Assembly (NCBI RefSeq): GCF_031769215.1
Contig: NW_026782224.1
Location: 124,001-188,000 of the forward strand
Source of the DNA: Ylistrum balloti
Taxonomy: Eukaryota
DNA: 64,000 nt
Reading direction: 5' to 3'
Shown here piece by piece: positions 27,591-40,998 of this stretch (positions are counted from its first letter, which is position 1; each line of letters opens with the position of its first letter). Below the pieces are notes generated by a model. That model was not told the origin of the DNA, ran no database searches, and worked only from the letters and a program-made list of their open reading frames with translations. The position numbers and the translations under genes were made by a program.

Positions 27591-29914
27591 TTGAAAATCA
27601 AAGAGATGAATGTTTGCAGAAGAAGTTGAATTAAATGACACGAATGTGCATTGGAAATTACATTTTTTGAAAAGTGCCACGAATTTTTGTATTTTACCTT
27701 GCTTAACGAAACCCTTTAGGCATTTAGCAGTCAATTCGCGATACTTTCCCGCCCTTTTTAAAGACACGTTAAGTTGCAATGCTTGGATAGACTTTTTACC
27801 ATGATTCCCTTTGAAATATAACGAAAATAATATTTAATCGTTTCTCTTTGAACATCACATACAAGTATAGATTGTATCCCACTTGTGTGATTGAATGTGG
27901 ATATTTCTTATTCGTGCTTAACACTCATTAAAACAGATCTATAATCTGTTATACTCATTAACTTAAGTAATATCTACCGGAAAAGTAATTAAATATTCTT
28001 TATGTTGTTAAGTGTTGCAATCTATGTTCCTTATCCTCTTTGTTTTTATTTTCACATTTATAAACGATAATAGTTTTCGCTTTACAGTGCAGATGACACG
28101 CGAATGTAAATAGACACCGATAGCATTGATTCTACTGCTCTAAATTTAATAAGTAAAATTAAAGAGAACATTTTGTTCAACCGTTGCACTTAAAACCAAT
28201 TACCACATAAACTTAGAGTCTTTCTTTTTAAAACAAATCCACTTTCGTGGCTTACCGACGGAGACAAAATTAGATTTACAGCATTCTTAGAGTTGACATA
28301 ATGTTGCTTTATCTTGGCCAGTCGAGACAAATAAAGACGTGTCCACAGACAGATCTAAACCTTGTTAGGGAGCGGTAGCCGAAGTCTCTCCGACCAATAT
28401 TGTGCCTCCAAGTACAACTGTCTGGAGAGTTCCAGTTAAAGAAGTGATGTGCAACAGCAAATTCTTATTCAACGATTTTCAATTATATGTGACACTTACA
28501 AAAACGCTATATTTTTCTAACAATAACATTGTCATTTACATAAAACAGGACAGTTTTGTATGTTAATACTGCCACGGAATGGAGTGAATAAAGAATTATA
28601 AACTGCATACAGAAAAAGCTGAAACGTCAAAATCAGAGAAAAGCGATCGATACTAAATAAAGGGCATCAGATTTTAACAAAGCGACAGCGTAATATAAGG
28701 CAATTCAATAACGTTGTGTTGGTGGCTGTGGACGCTCGCGACCTTTCGAATACGTCACACCGCGTTTAGAGACGACATGGTATATTACAGAACAACAGAT
28801 ATAATACCGCTTCTATAATATTTCACAGTCTCATTACAGAATATAATACGTCAGTTTGTGTTTTATAAAACTGAATTATACAACTCTTCACTTCTATTGA
28901 GATCGATAAATGGATTTATTAACAGAAGGAAAAATATCGACCGAAGACGAAACATTTAGACAATAAGTATTTTTATATTCTGCCCCCTCTCTTTATCATG
29001 TAACGTTGTTCCAGGCAATCACAAAATGTGAAAAATATGACGGTAGAAACATAATATTGATATTAGCTGTTATCGATCACTAACGATGCGATATGCGATG
29101 GTCTTCATCTACCGGTATTTTCAATTGGTACTTCTGTAATGCTCCGAGGAGAGGGGTCAATCGGTTAGTCAGCCAAGTAAAACACAAACTATTCTTACTA
29201 ATTCTGAGTACACGTTACCAATTCCATGTTCAGCGTATTGATTCACCTCACAAATTTCTAACTACACATCCTGCTATTTGTGAGCTGAACACGGGAAAGG
29301 CAAACGTAGTCTGAAGGAAAAGTGGGCTTGTGGATTGAGGTAAATGAGGACTTTATTTTAATTCTAAATCTGATTTTCAAAAAGGTTTCGTGTCCTAGTT
29401 TCGCTTTAGCGATGTACGGTTTCAGCACTCTTAGTGTTTTTGTTGTTCAGTGTCTTCGGCCTGAAGTTTTCCTTTTCGTTAGACACAATTTGTATGGAAA
29501 CAAAAAACAAATTTCGTTATGCGTACAGACATCTATCCTGGGAAATGTGTCGTCTGCCATTGGGTTCGGTATACCATCACGTGGTGGTTTGTCTCGTCCA
29601 ACCAACACTATATATTCCCGTCAGTAAATTTATTGATGGAGAAGATTTGTAGCTCCAAGATAACATTTCAGTGTAATACACCAGACAGTGATATTTAGAC
29701 CCACAGACAGACCTGTGGTGTTTTCGGTGCAAATCTTCTAGTACAATGCTTCCAGAAGTGCATTGATGAGTGAAAATAAAACATTTCTAAAATTGTCTGG
29801 AGTTTAGATCTTCGTCAATGTGATAAAGTACAGACATAACACATAAAGTGACCACTAGGTATCTCTATATCAGCTGATCTGTACTGCATTTTCATTGGTT
29901 GAAATATAAATTTA

Positions 29915-30250
29915 TGTGAACCCGAGTGCTGTATTTCTCTGCATGTCGTAAAAGGCGACTAATTGTGGGCCCTCATCTCGGACGTGGTCTCGTTGTAGTC
30001 TTTTACGAGTAGATTCTACTGTACTCCAGTGCATGAACGTAGCAAACGACTGTGAATGGTTCTCTTGGAGGATCAAATAGTTTTCTTCCATCTATCAAAG
30101 GGGCACATGAACCAAACTGATACTCCCAGAACAACACTCGGAATCCTTTGTTTAACGTTGATCTTACTCCACGTGCTGTATTTTCCACGTGTGTCGCCCC
30201 ACGTGACACCCAGCTTCACGCTATTTCGAGGACATTAAAACAAAACAAAT
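29915..30250 (+). mobile_element. Degenerate SINE with Meta-domain-like core
   Basis: gcatgtcgtaaaaggcgactaa resembles the conserved core of bivalve MetaSINE-type elements (recalled); ends in ggacattaaaacaaaacaaa tail. Confidence 0.45.
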
Positions 30251-33200
30251 TGAATTTACTACAAAATTGCAAATTTGGAAAAAGAGACATACAATATATA
30301 TTGCCTTGCCTGTTGTCCATGAAGATTTCCTGGTAGGATTAAAGCTAAAAATACCCCCAAATAGCATGTTGTACATGTCACATTTCAGATGTAAACCTTA
30401 GTCAGCGATACAAAACATCAGTTTGGCGAGTCGTGTGACACCTGACAGACTGGCTGGTTTCTATTGTCTGAACAAGAAACAAACTAAATCTTCATCCATT
30501 TATTTATATAACAATTTACCAGTCTCTGGTTCCGGTTTTGATAAACAAAATGCGGAGGTTTTCATGCTCCGATGATTTTTGGTTTGAACATAACCTTAGT
30601 TGAAGGAATATTTTGTGTTTATAACACGATTTGGAGGAAATGACTGTCGGTATATGACCTCTTGCCATACTTTGAATAGTAAAATGTAATGAAAAATAGA
30701 GCCTAGCGATTCTGGTCAAATATTTAGCTGAAATATTTCCAGAAGGAAACGAAAGGACTGGCACTAATTAACTGCTAATTAAATCAGAATTGAGTAGAAG
30801 TTCTGTGGAGTATTTTTATATCTCAGTTCGTATGTAAACCTTTCTGTGTTGACTTTGAAGATGAAATTTGAAAAGAACATCTCACAATTGAAGACGAGAA
30901 ATATGACCGTGCAGTTTTAGTGGGGGACAGTAAACGTGGATATGAACTTATCCACAAGTGTTGCTACTATCCTCAGACGTAGGATTATTACAGTAAGCAC
31001 TGAATCACTTGATCACCCTTACACTGGATGCTGTGAACTTACCAATAATAACGTCAATGCATCAGTAGAGAGATCGATGTAGTTGGTAACATGCTTTAGG
31101 AACATGTAGAAGATATATCTGTCGTATTTACACACATTCCATGTATTAGATACCATATTTAGCCACATTACTTAACTAGATATGTTATCAGCTCTAAAAA
31201 TAATCTACTCATATTATCTTAGCCCAGGACTGACTCAGGATCAGAAGGAAAAACACGTGGAGAGTGGAGTAGGCGAAAATTGGGAAACAAAGACAGGATG
31301 CATTTGGACATTTGTACAAAAGACACACTTTTGAATAACATCTCTCTTACTACAAATTTAGAGTTAGATACAGTAAAGCCAAACAATGAATTAAAGAATA
31401 TCATACAGCTATTTTTTCCTTCTAGGGCCCTAAAGTGATGCTAAGGGCCAAAGTTGTGAAACCATGGAGATGTTTGATAGCAAGAAATATTAAAATCTAG
31501 ATGGCTAGGTGCAATGAGAAGAATTTGTCTGTATCAGGTTATAAAAGTAAGGCAGAGGAATTCCAGTGTGGTCATTACTGATGTGACTGGTAATTCGTGT
31601 GGTGTCTACCTCACGTGTGATTCATTATCTGTGAATGCAAATTTTGTATCAAATGTACTGCCGAATCAGAACTTCCGAAATCTTTGTAAGAACAACTTCT
31701 TATTTGAAACCCTAATGCTGATATGTTAAACTTGATTGTATCTATACTGAAAAAAAAGCAAAATATGAACAGAATATTACCAGATTTATGCGAATGATTT
31801 ATGCTTAGAAAAGTAAAGGTTAACAATATCAAGTGCTCTGTTAGGGTCAGTTTGGTCAATCCATGTAAGCAATGTCATGTTGTCAAATGATGACATCTGA
31901 TTTCATATCACACACAGAAAGTAGGTTAGTAAGAAGATGGATACTAAGAAGTTAGGGAATTTTGTTGCATCCGATGATAACGTAGACAAAATTAAGTCTG
32001 TCACTCTCGTGGTTACAAATAGGTACAAGAGACAACAGTAAGACATTGGCCATTTAACTCTGTACGTTTGACATAAGGAAGAAAACTTTTCACAAAAAAA
32101 TTGAAATGCTGGTGCAAAAACTAAATCATTTTGAAATAATTTTGGTTTACGTTGAAAGGAGGTTACCCTGTGTATACATTCTGACTGACGCAAATCCTAC
32201 ATCATTAACATGTATGCTAAACGAAAATACAGATCAGTAAATACACATATAACAATACAATAATAATAAAAAAACTACTTAGCAATAATATGTAATACAG
32301 TGCCCCTAGAGTTCCCTAAAACAAAATACTCCGACACAATGTGTAATATATAAGATATAATTGTTATAACGAGAGAAACCCTCACTACACTCTAAGTCAT
32401 ATTTCGGAAGAGTCCATGCACAGCTGATTATGATATTTCAGAAATGATAGACAGATAATGGCCATATTTCTCGCCTGAAAATGACGACAGACGATGATCT
32501 ATAGTCATAGTAGCTGTATGCACGTGTCATGGATTCATAACGATGTTTGGCCTGACCTATCTACTCCATACAAGTCCAATACAAAAGAGAGACGAAAATA
32601 AATTATATCTATACGAGTATAGTCCTATCCTCGCCAAGCCGCAAAACCCTGAATGTTGCTTCATATGTCCCTAGGGAATCCATAACTGTGTTTCTTTATT
32701 ATCGTTTTGAAAATTTATATACATGGTAATATATATACTCATAATTTACCGGCCATTGTTTGATAGCGACACTTAAACTACACAACAATAGAAACCAACT
32801 ACAAAATCACTCGAATTTCTAAAGCTACGAACATGCATACTAATATCTATCGAAACATTGGAACCGGTGCAATAAATCAAACGATAAACATTTCAAATTA
32901 ACATCACGAGGCTCCCTAGGGATGCTCCACCGAACTAATGGAGTTCCACGTCAAACTTGAACTGGTGTGCGGATTACGGTGTTTCAAGTTAATACGAGTG
33001 TTCGGAATAACAAGGTTCCGTGATAGAATTTATCCGAAATAACGAAGTTTTAAACAAGAATGAAATTTATTCATATTGACGATATTATGAAACAAACGTG
33101 TTTATTATTGTAGAAAAGAGCGCTGATATATAGAAATCCTGTAGTTTAATGTCCTATGTATCCGGCATTTAATCAGCCTGTGGAGCTTCCATTCTCGTAT

Positions 33201-33705
33201 ACATGTTAACATGAAAATAGTCTAGCAATTGATATGGGATTTTTTGTAGACTTTGAAAGCGTACCAACCTGTCAGGCATATCCAAATTGACATATTTTGT
33301 GATATGACGCATTGTAGACCGACTATGTATAGTGTCAGTTTATACGCATTATATATGCGTTTTCACTCAAATAAATTTTACCTCACGTGGCACAGAATTT
33401 TCCACAACAATAACAGCCCATCACAACAAAACAGAAGGATATAAATACTTAATGTAACTCAGTAATGCATACTTCATCCGAAAATTACTATAAAACTGAG
33501 GGAATTGAAAAAACGAATAGGTTTTAATCGTACAAATCAGAAAAATAATCTATGTTACTCGTAGTCAATCACGGTCCAGTAAATAACACAGACCAAATGT
33601 CTATAAATGGCCAAAGCACTTAGTGAACGGATACTGCCTAATGTACCTGCGTAATGCCGGATCGAGGACAGGAAGACCGGGGGATTAAAGCCTCGCGGAC
33701 ACCGA

Positions 33706-33719
33706 TGACGTCACGTGAT
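33706..33719. promoter_or_regulatory. Overlapping CRE (TGACGTCA) and E-box/CLEAR-like (GTCACGTGAT) motif
   Basis: Sequence gaTGACGTCACGTGATc inside a locally GC/CpG-rich patch; function untested. Confidence 0.4.
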
Positions 33720-35320
33720 CAACTCCGAGGTCCATGGTACTTTGATTTTTACATGCGGGTCGTTTCCCTTGCTAAGTTACGAGTCTTTCTTTATTCTCTG
33801 GTGGAGGGTACATATGTGTACCACAAAATACAAAACTCGACATCAAAGCATCCTGATTCATACTATAAATTGATAAATAATAACAAAATATGAGGAAATA
33901 TTTGCCCCGACACCTTTGAAAACAACCACAGAGAAAAAGCTGGTGTTCGGGAAAAGACACGTGCAATGCTTCTGCGATGAAAGACGTTAAGTTGATTAAA
34001 GTCACCTCAAAGAATATCACTTTCTTAAAATGGAAGCCTCCACGTATACCCATTTAGCATCGAACACATCCATATATGTAACTCCATATCACACTAGGAA
34101 ACCACCAGACATCCTAATAAGTATTGAACATACCAACCGTCATCGAACACGTCACCAGACATGCGAGGAATTTCATTATTATTAAGGAAATATCGCCTTT
34201 TCTTGTTAAAATATAGACTTCTTGTTTCAAAATAGCTAATATCAATACCTCTGTGTGTTTTCAACCTCACACCAATGTACTTTGCGCAGCTATCAATCAT
34301 ATTGCGAAACTCACATCCGTACGTACCAGCCGTCTGAAAGGACATGTCGTTGACCTGAAAATACTTAAACCATTAAGGACACCGCGAGGTAGAACACATG
34401 ATAGACAACAGACATCGACGACAAAGAGCTCAATATCCAGTTCCTCTGTGTTTATAGTTGAAATGATCAAAACTATTAAATTCTGTTGGAATGGTTTTCC
34501 GTCGGTTTCCAACAATTTTAGAGGTGGCCTATCGTGTGCCCGCTGATCTTATATATTTTGAAACATTAATTCTCGCTTCTGAAGATCATTTACTGCTTGT
34601 TTTGGTATTAATATCCACACTTAATAACAATTTAAAGCATATTAATTTGCTTTTCGTTTCGTTGTATGAAACAAGAATAGTATGAATAATTGAGCGGATT
34701 TAGTGCAGGAGCTTCTTGGTAATCCTCATCCTGTACCAATCTTCTGTTTTACATGTTTATTTATTTGTACATTTCATTTGTCTGTTTTACTTCCTATAAC
34801 GTCACAGTAAAAACATTCTTAAGGTTTTGGAATGATTAATTTCCTATTGGGCTACTATTTTCACAGAGTAACAAGCCTGTGGAATGAAACGCTTCTCAGT
34901 AGTAATAGGAATCGGTTGATTTAAACGGATCTTATTACCAGAAACAGATAAATGGAATGAGGCTAATTTATATCAACTTATGATCTCCATAAGTAAACTA
35001 CAAATAATGAATGCATTGAACGTGACACATATTAATACTATGAATATGAAACTACGTCATTCGTAGACGTACAATTGTACGTTTAAATAATTTTGTCAAA
35101 GGGAGTAGGAGGTTAGAAGATAGAAAAAAACAGAAGAGAAAAAGAGATTATATAGATTTTATCGATTCGGTGCCTACTATAAACAGTTCATATTCAGGTA
35201 GTCTGAAAACGCTTTGGTGTATTGATCAAAATTTTGTCCCGAGGGATTCTAGGTTCATCATATCACATAATCATCATGTTACTACGTTTGACGGCTGGAT
35301 AGTCGCCAGATTGTATTCAT

Positions 35321-35408
35321 TGTCAATATGAATGCAGGCTGGGCTACAGATAACCAGAATGGCGTACAGTGATAAGAAACTGTTATCCAGACCGCATTCA
35401 CATTGATA
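35321..35408. mobile_element. Short fold-back (MITE-like) element
   Basis: tgtcaatatgaatgcaggctgg pairs with ccagaccgcattcacattgata at 18/22 positions. Confidence 0.4.
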
Positions 35409-36142
35409 AATATCAATAAAGATCACATATTATTCCAAAATATTTCGTGTCTAACAGAGTAATTCAAACGGGAAAGAGTTTCCCGAAAAAACATAGTCAT
35501 CCAAATGATTGATGTAAAGCTACAAGGCGCTAACGTAACATAGGTCAACATGACGCCGAATCCTGGTCCTTACGATCTACTTATGTACGTGTATCTACAG
35601 AACTAAAAATACAATCCAGACTATAATATTGAGGTAATGCGAGTCCATATTGTAGATGGTTGTATTTCATTGACGTTAACAACAAAATATTTGTTTAACC
35701 TTTCCATAATTAATATTGTATTTATTGCGCTCCTAACTAGGTCCTGATTTTTAGTTCGACAATCTCGACAGGTCAGGTTTAAAATGCTAATTGCTTAGTC
35801 TCGTTCAACCAAATTCTTGTTTTCTTCACAGGTGGTGAAGCATCTGGGTGAATGAGACTATTAATGGCAATGTCCGCCATGTTGCCATTGGCGCAAAGCA
35901 TATTGGGACTTCTGTGTCACAACTTTATGACTGATAGTATGGATGATTTTTTCCTATGCCCCGCACGTGTTACCTTTTGGGCCTCCCCGGCCGAGCTACG
36001 CTTCCTGTTAATCCAAGTAACCATTCAATTTCCAGGAACCGAGACGAACATTTTCGGGAAAAAGTCAGCTACTTGCGATGGATTTGAGAGGTAAATTACT
36101 ATATTTCCAATAGCACGCAAAAACAGTCAATTCAACTGCATC

Positions 36143-36190
36143 TAGCTGACCGGGATTCGAACCAGGGACCACAAAACGCTCTACCAACTC
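36143..36190 (-). mobile_element. Truncated tRNA-derived SINE head or tRNA pseudogene fragment
   Basis: Minus strand reads agttggtagagcg (A box) ... ggttcgaatccc (B box); anticodon arm deleted, so not a functional tRNA. Confidence 0.55.
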
Positions 36191-39100
36191 CTCAAGAAAT
36201 AGAAGATCACAGACTTACGCAAACGACAAATGGAAAATTCCATGCGCACGCATAGCTTTGCGTTTCTATGCATGCGGGCTGGAAACTTATGTTTCTAAGT
36301 CTACAGTGAAATATTAACGAGTTTGCTGACGTCCTCAGAACGATTGCGTGCAGTGAAATCTCATGGGCCATAGAGTCTCTGTCCATCTTATTCTGTGCAT
36401 AACATAATCACTTACAAAGGCAAAGACATGTGTACAATCTGACTTGTTTATGAAGAGAGTTCGATTTTTGATGCAAAAGAGACCATTTTCTGACTCAGCT
36501 CGTATTTTCTATCAGAAATTTAAAGGTTCAGAGAAATGGTTCTGTAGAACTTATATCGATTTTCCGCAGTCAGCGTTTGTACCATTTATTAGATGATTAC
36601 GGAAACTAACTCGCAAAAACGTAAGCCGGACCGGAACACATCACTCAGACACAATATATCAGGAACGGAGTGACATTTTTAAATTACGCAAACTTTCAAG
36701 ATTGATGTCACAATCCTTCAGTTACCATGCAGATCGTTAATTTTGTGCCGAGTGTAGCCATTCTTCTTGGTGGATTTTTTGATGAGAATGTTTAAAATCC
36801 TCGCTCGGTGTGATATTGCGCTTTTATGGGTTAGCACAAGCATCCTTTGAAATTGTGTGTATTCTATGTTGTGAACCCGTTAACCTTTCAGTACACAACG
36901 TGTACCATTAGAACAAGATCTCAACTGCTCTGTAACACATGGATATCTCTTTAAAAATATCTGTTTTTTATGATCAGTTGAGTTTATCACTTTTGAGCAT
37001 GTAAATAGGATTGTTTCAGTCAATTTGTACAAAGTAAATGTAGTTAAAAAGGAATATAGCACACTCTTTGTCAACTGGTTGTCTGTTTTACGTGATCGTT
37101 AATGGCACCTCGTGGAAAACGAATATTGGAATGAGGCCTGGCAGTGTGTAAAATAGAGACGGCAGAAAAAGCCCGATTTAACGGAAATATTAAAGAGAAT
37201 TTAGCATGAGTGAGAGACGGAACATCCTTGTAACAGTCGGGGATTTACAGTTAACAGAGAGAATGTAATGTTGGAACAAGTATTCATTTTTCATATCTAA
37301 AAAACATTTCCCTTGTTTCTTTCTATGTAAACGATCAGACATGTAAACTTGGCTGAAATGATGTATATTATCTTGAAAAGTATTGTAAAGAATGTGTGCT
37401 TTATGAAATGGTTTTGAGAAAATCGTGGTGATGAACGGGTTTCAAAGAAAATTAACCAGGAAAGATTGTCGTCCAGATAGACTTAATTTATGTAAGAATC
37501 GGTGAGATCTCAACTTCCCTTTAAACAGAATCTATAAACTGCTCCCATTTCTCTGCACTAATCGATCTGTCTATATCAGTATTTAACACTCTAAATGCGA
37601 TGAAAGATTCTACCCAATGTTACGAAATACTTTTCGGAAGTGTCCATACCTTTTCTCGTGCAAGTGTTCTCGTCCATGTCGTTTATAAAAGAAACACTTC
37701 TCTCGAGTTTTACAAAACCAAGATTGAAAATATCGGTCATAAAAGGTTCATGGTTCACCTGGGACATTTCTAAAGACATTTTCACCTTGTCATAGCTAAA
37801 CAAAGTCTCAATGAATGGTTGGAAGGTTCCATCTTTCAATGCGCCAAGAACATCGTGATATTTCGCCTTGAACGCTCATTACGGTTACACAGACCAAAGG
37901 TTACATGGGCGTGTGTTCTTTTTTCCTTGCTGGATTGCACACTATCCAGATTTGATTCAAAGTTTTTACTACAATTTTCCTGACATAGTTCCCGCGAAGC
38001 ATTTTCGAATTATCGAAGTTTCCATTGGAAACGTTTCGACATATCCAGGATATGAACCTACTGAGAGTTCATGAACCCCGACTGAGGGTATGTCACCAGT
38101 GTTTTCTGACGACAAAAATTATCAATACTTTTCCAGTAATTTCTAATAATAATTTTTTGTGCAGATTCTGGTATTATTTTCGAGGGTGTTCACCTGAATT
38201 AATTGTTTTCTAGCAGTAATGTTAAATTTCGCCCAGTAAACGCTTCAAACTTGTCACTGTCTGACAGCAATGCGCTGGGAATTAAATACAAAGATGTCGG
38301 AGTTATGCTTGTCTGCCATCCATAAATCTCGTGAAAATCAATAAAATCCAGGCTTAATACAAAACAAAGAAATCTCTACAAGAGTTTAAATGTAGAGGAG
38401 AGGAGGGTATTATCGTGTAGAAGTGATTTTCTGATACAAGCAGTAATTACGCGGAATACCGCAGCAACACATGTTGAGTTTATTCAAATGCTTGAAACAG
38501 TGCTGAAGAATTTTTTCTGCATATGCTTGCAGTCCTTGTGGTTGGCTGTTTGGGCAAAAACTGAGATCAAACCTTAGATATGTAACGACGGACAGTAATT
38601 GTAATAGATGTTCAGTATTAAAAAAATAAGTCTTTTCAAGATTTTAAAATGAATATTGGGCCCATTTTATCAATTTTGTTTTTTTTAATGATTCCTTGCC
38701 ACAAGCATCGAATCGTTTAAGCTGAGGGAAAAGCTAAGAAACGGTATAAAAATCCTAAAGAAATAGGCGGTTTGTTATTCAGAAGCCTAGGAGTTATCCG
38801 ATTTTTATTTGATTATTCGTGAAATATCAACATGACGAGGTGATAATATTTCGTATAGATAAAGTTTGTGTGACTTCTGGGACCAACGTGGCGGGGCCTG
38901 GTCGATAGTGCAGCTTAAATGTTAGAATTGCAATGCATAAAATACAATCATGATAAGGGTTGGACATAGGGTCTCTAGCATTGTCCATGTAGACTACCTC
39001 ATGATATGTGCTATTATAATCCACGAATAACTACACAATCATGCTACTTAAATTGTCCCCAAGGTCAGGCCACATGAGATCTTTGGGACAGCATGGAAAT

Positions 39101-40691
39101 ATTAAACCGAGATCTCCATGTTATAACTTGTTATAGCAAACAATATATTTTGTGTAAACTCCTTCCACAGCGAGAGGAATTATGAGAAACAGTCTGCACC
39201 GACTTGCCGGTGGAAAATTGTCATTTACTACACATCGCTCTTAGATGGCTTGTTTGTATGGTCATCAATGATCATTCGCGCGTGCGCTCTGTTTATGACC
39301 AGTTTACTCCAGTGTTTGATCACATTGTAACATCCAACTTAGTCTGAGGAATGTCTTAAAACTGAGACCGTCGGAGGCGGAGACCAGCGCGTGACTTTCT
39401 TCATATCGAACAAGGTCAAGGTCAAAAACAAAGAGCACCAGCACAATAACAAGTAATTTATCTGAGGAATACAATCGTCTGTCTTCATTTTCACTTTGTC
39501 CGGATATTTTGGTGTCACTTGCTGTCACGCTAGTCGTTGCTGTGATCTTTGGAATAAAAATCTAAAACACTCTCACCAGTAGGTGTCTTCAGCTTCTTCG
39601 CCGATGAATATCCGTTATGTAGGCTACATAGAAGTAAAATCCAAGAACTGTCAAGATCTCGAAATGAGAGCCAGTTTAATGAAAACTGAACCATCCGATA
39701 CTGTAACAGCGCTAGCATCGTCACAATGCTTTCCAGTGTAGTTATGATTGAGATAATAAAATGTCGATCAATTCTTTATCAATTTGATCCTCTAAAAACC
39801 CAATCTTTTCTCCCGTTCAGATGTCAGTATCCCTCAAGGAATGACGTAGATGGATGAATCTAAATTAAAAACAGGGAGGGCAGGTTGTAAAATTCCGGCA
39901 TTTCTATTCGACCTTAGAAATTGTCTATCGGATTGGTATGTGTTAAGAAGGAAGTGAGGATTTTAGAGGAACAAAGTCATAGTGCTAGTATTTGACTGTG
40001 GTCACTTAAATCCTACTTCAGATGATTTAATCAGCAAATGCTATCTGACATACTTATTTATGTATTTTTTTAAACCATCGTGTAGCTACATTTTCAGCTT
40101 GGTGTTACCGTATTTCTTTTCAAATGACCCCTCTTCCAGTGATATTTTTACAATCTATTTTAACAGATAGTGATATTCGTCTCCAGTATTCTCTTAACAC
40201 AGGTTAAATATTCTATTTTCTTTCCGAATGTTTTGCTATCTACCGGTTTCAACAGGACAACTTATTTAATTTTAGGTAATGCATTATTTTCCGACAATAC
40301 TAACAAATATTTTTCGAGATTAAATTCAGTTTTGTAAGACGAATAAAACTGTCATCTCGGCGCGCTCTGAGTGTCAGCAAACCATTTTTGAATAAATTTT
40401 TCAAAATATTATTCACGCAAATTCAATTTTCGAAAAATGTATGAGGAACTAGATTAATCTTAAACTGTTTATTTTTGCTGATTCACTTAAAGCCCCAATA
40501 TACGTAAAAATCACTATAAAAAACAAACTTTATCTTATTTTCCCCGTAATATATGTAACAAAGCAAATACTTTCCTTTAATTAAACAAAATAAAACTGAC
40601 TGTTTTCAATTTAAATAAAAATTGAAAAAATCGGAAAATAAACAATGTGGGACCCACAATAATTCATACATTACCGCTCGTAGCGATGACA

Positions 40692-40998
40692 TTGCGCATG
40701 CGCAAATTCCGCGTGTAAACATGGCAGGCACAGAGTTCTGAATTCTTACGTTATAATTGTGCGTCGTATCGTTTCTAAACTAATTATTCCTTCTAATAAT
40801 TTCCCCCCAAAAACTGAATATTTATCACAGGTATACCTCAAGTCTACGACAAGACTTCGCAAACAATGTTTGTAAACAAAAACTTACCGTAGACATATCT
40901 GCATGTGCTTCCTCTATAAGTAGAAACCTCAACTCTCGCGAGATCAGGTCATGAACTTTCCGACGTGTTCGACAACAATAGTAATTTCGATGGCGGCG
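40692..40998. promoter_or_regulatory. Housekeeping-type promoter motif cluster (NRF1, BANP/TCTCGCGAGA, YY1-like)
   Basis: TGCGCATGCGCA 40693-40704; TCTCGCGAGA 40934-40943; GATGGCGGCG 40989-40998; CpG-rich context. Confidence 0.6.

Noticed and set aside
36143-36190. Functional tRNA gene
   Set aside because: A and B boxes are present but the anticodon arm and acceptor stem are incomplete.
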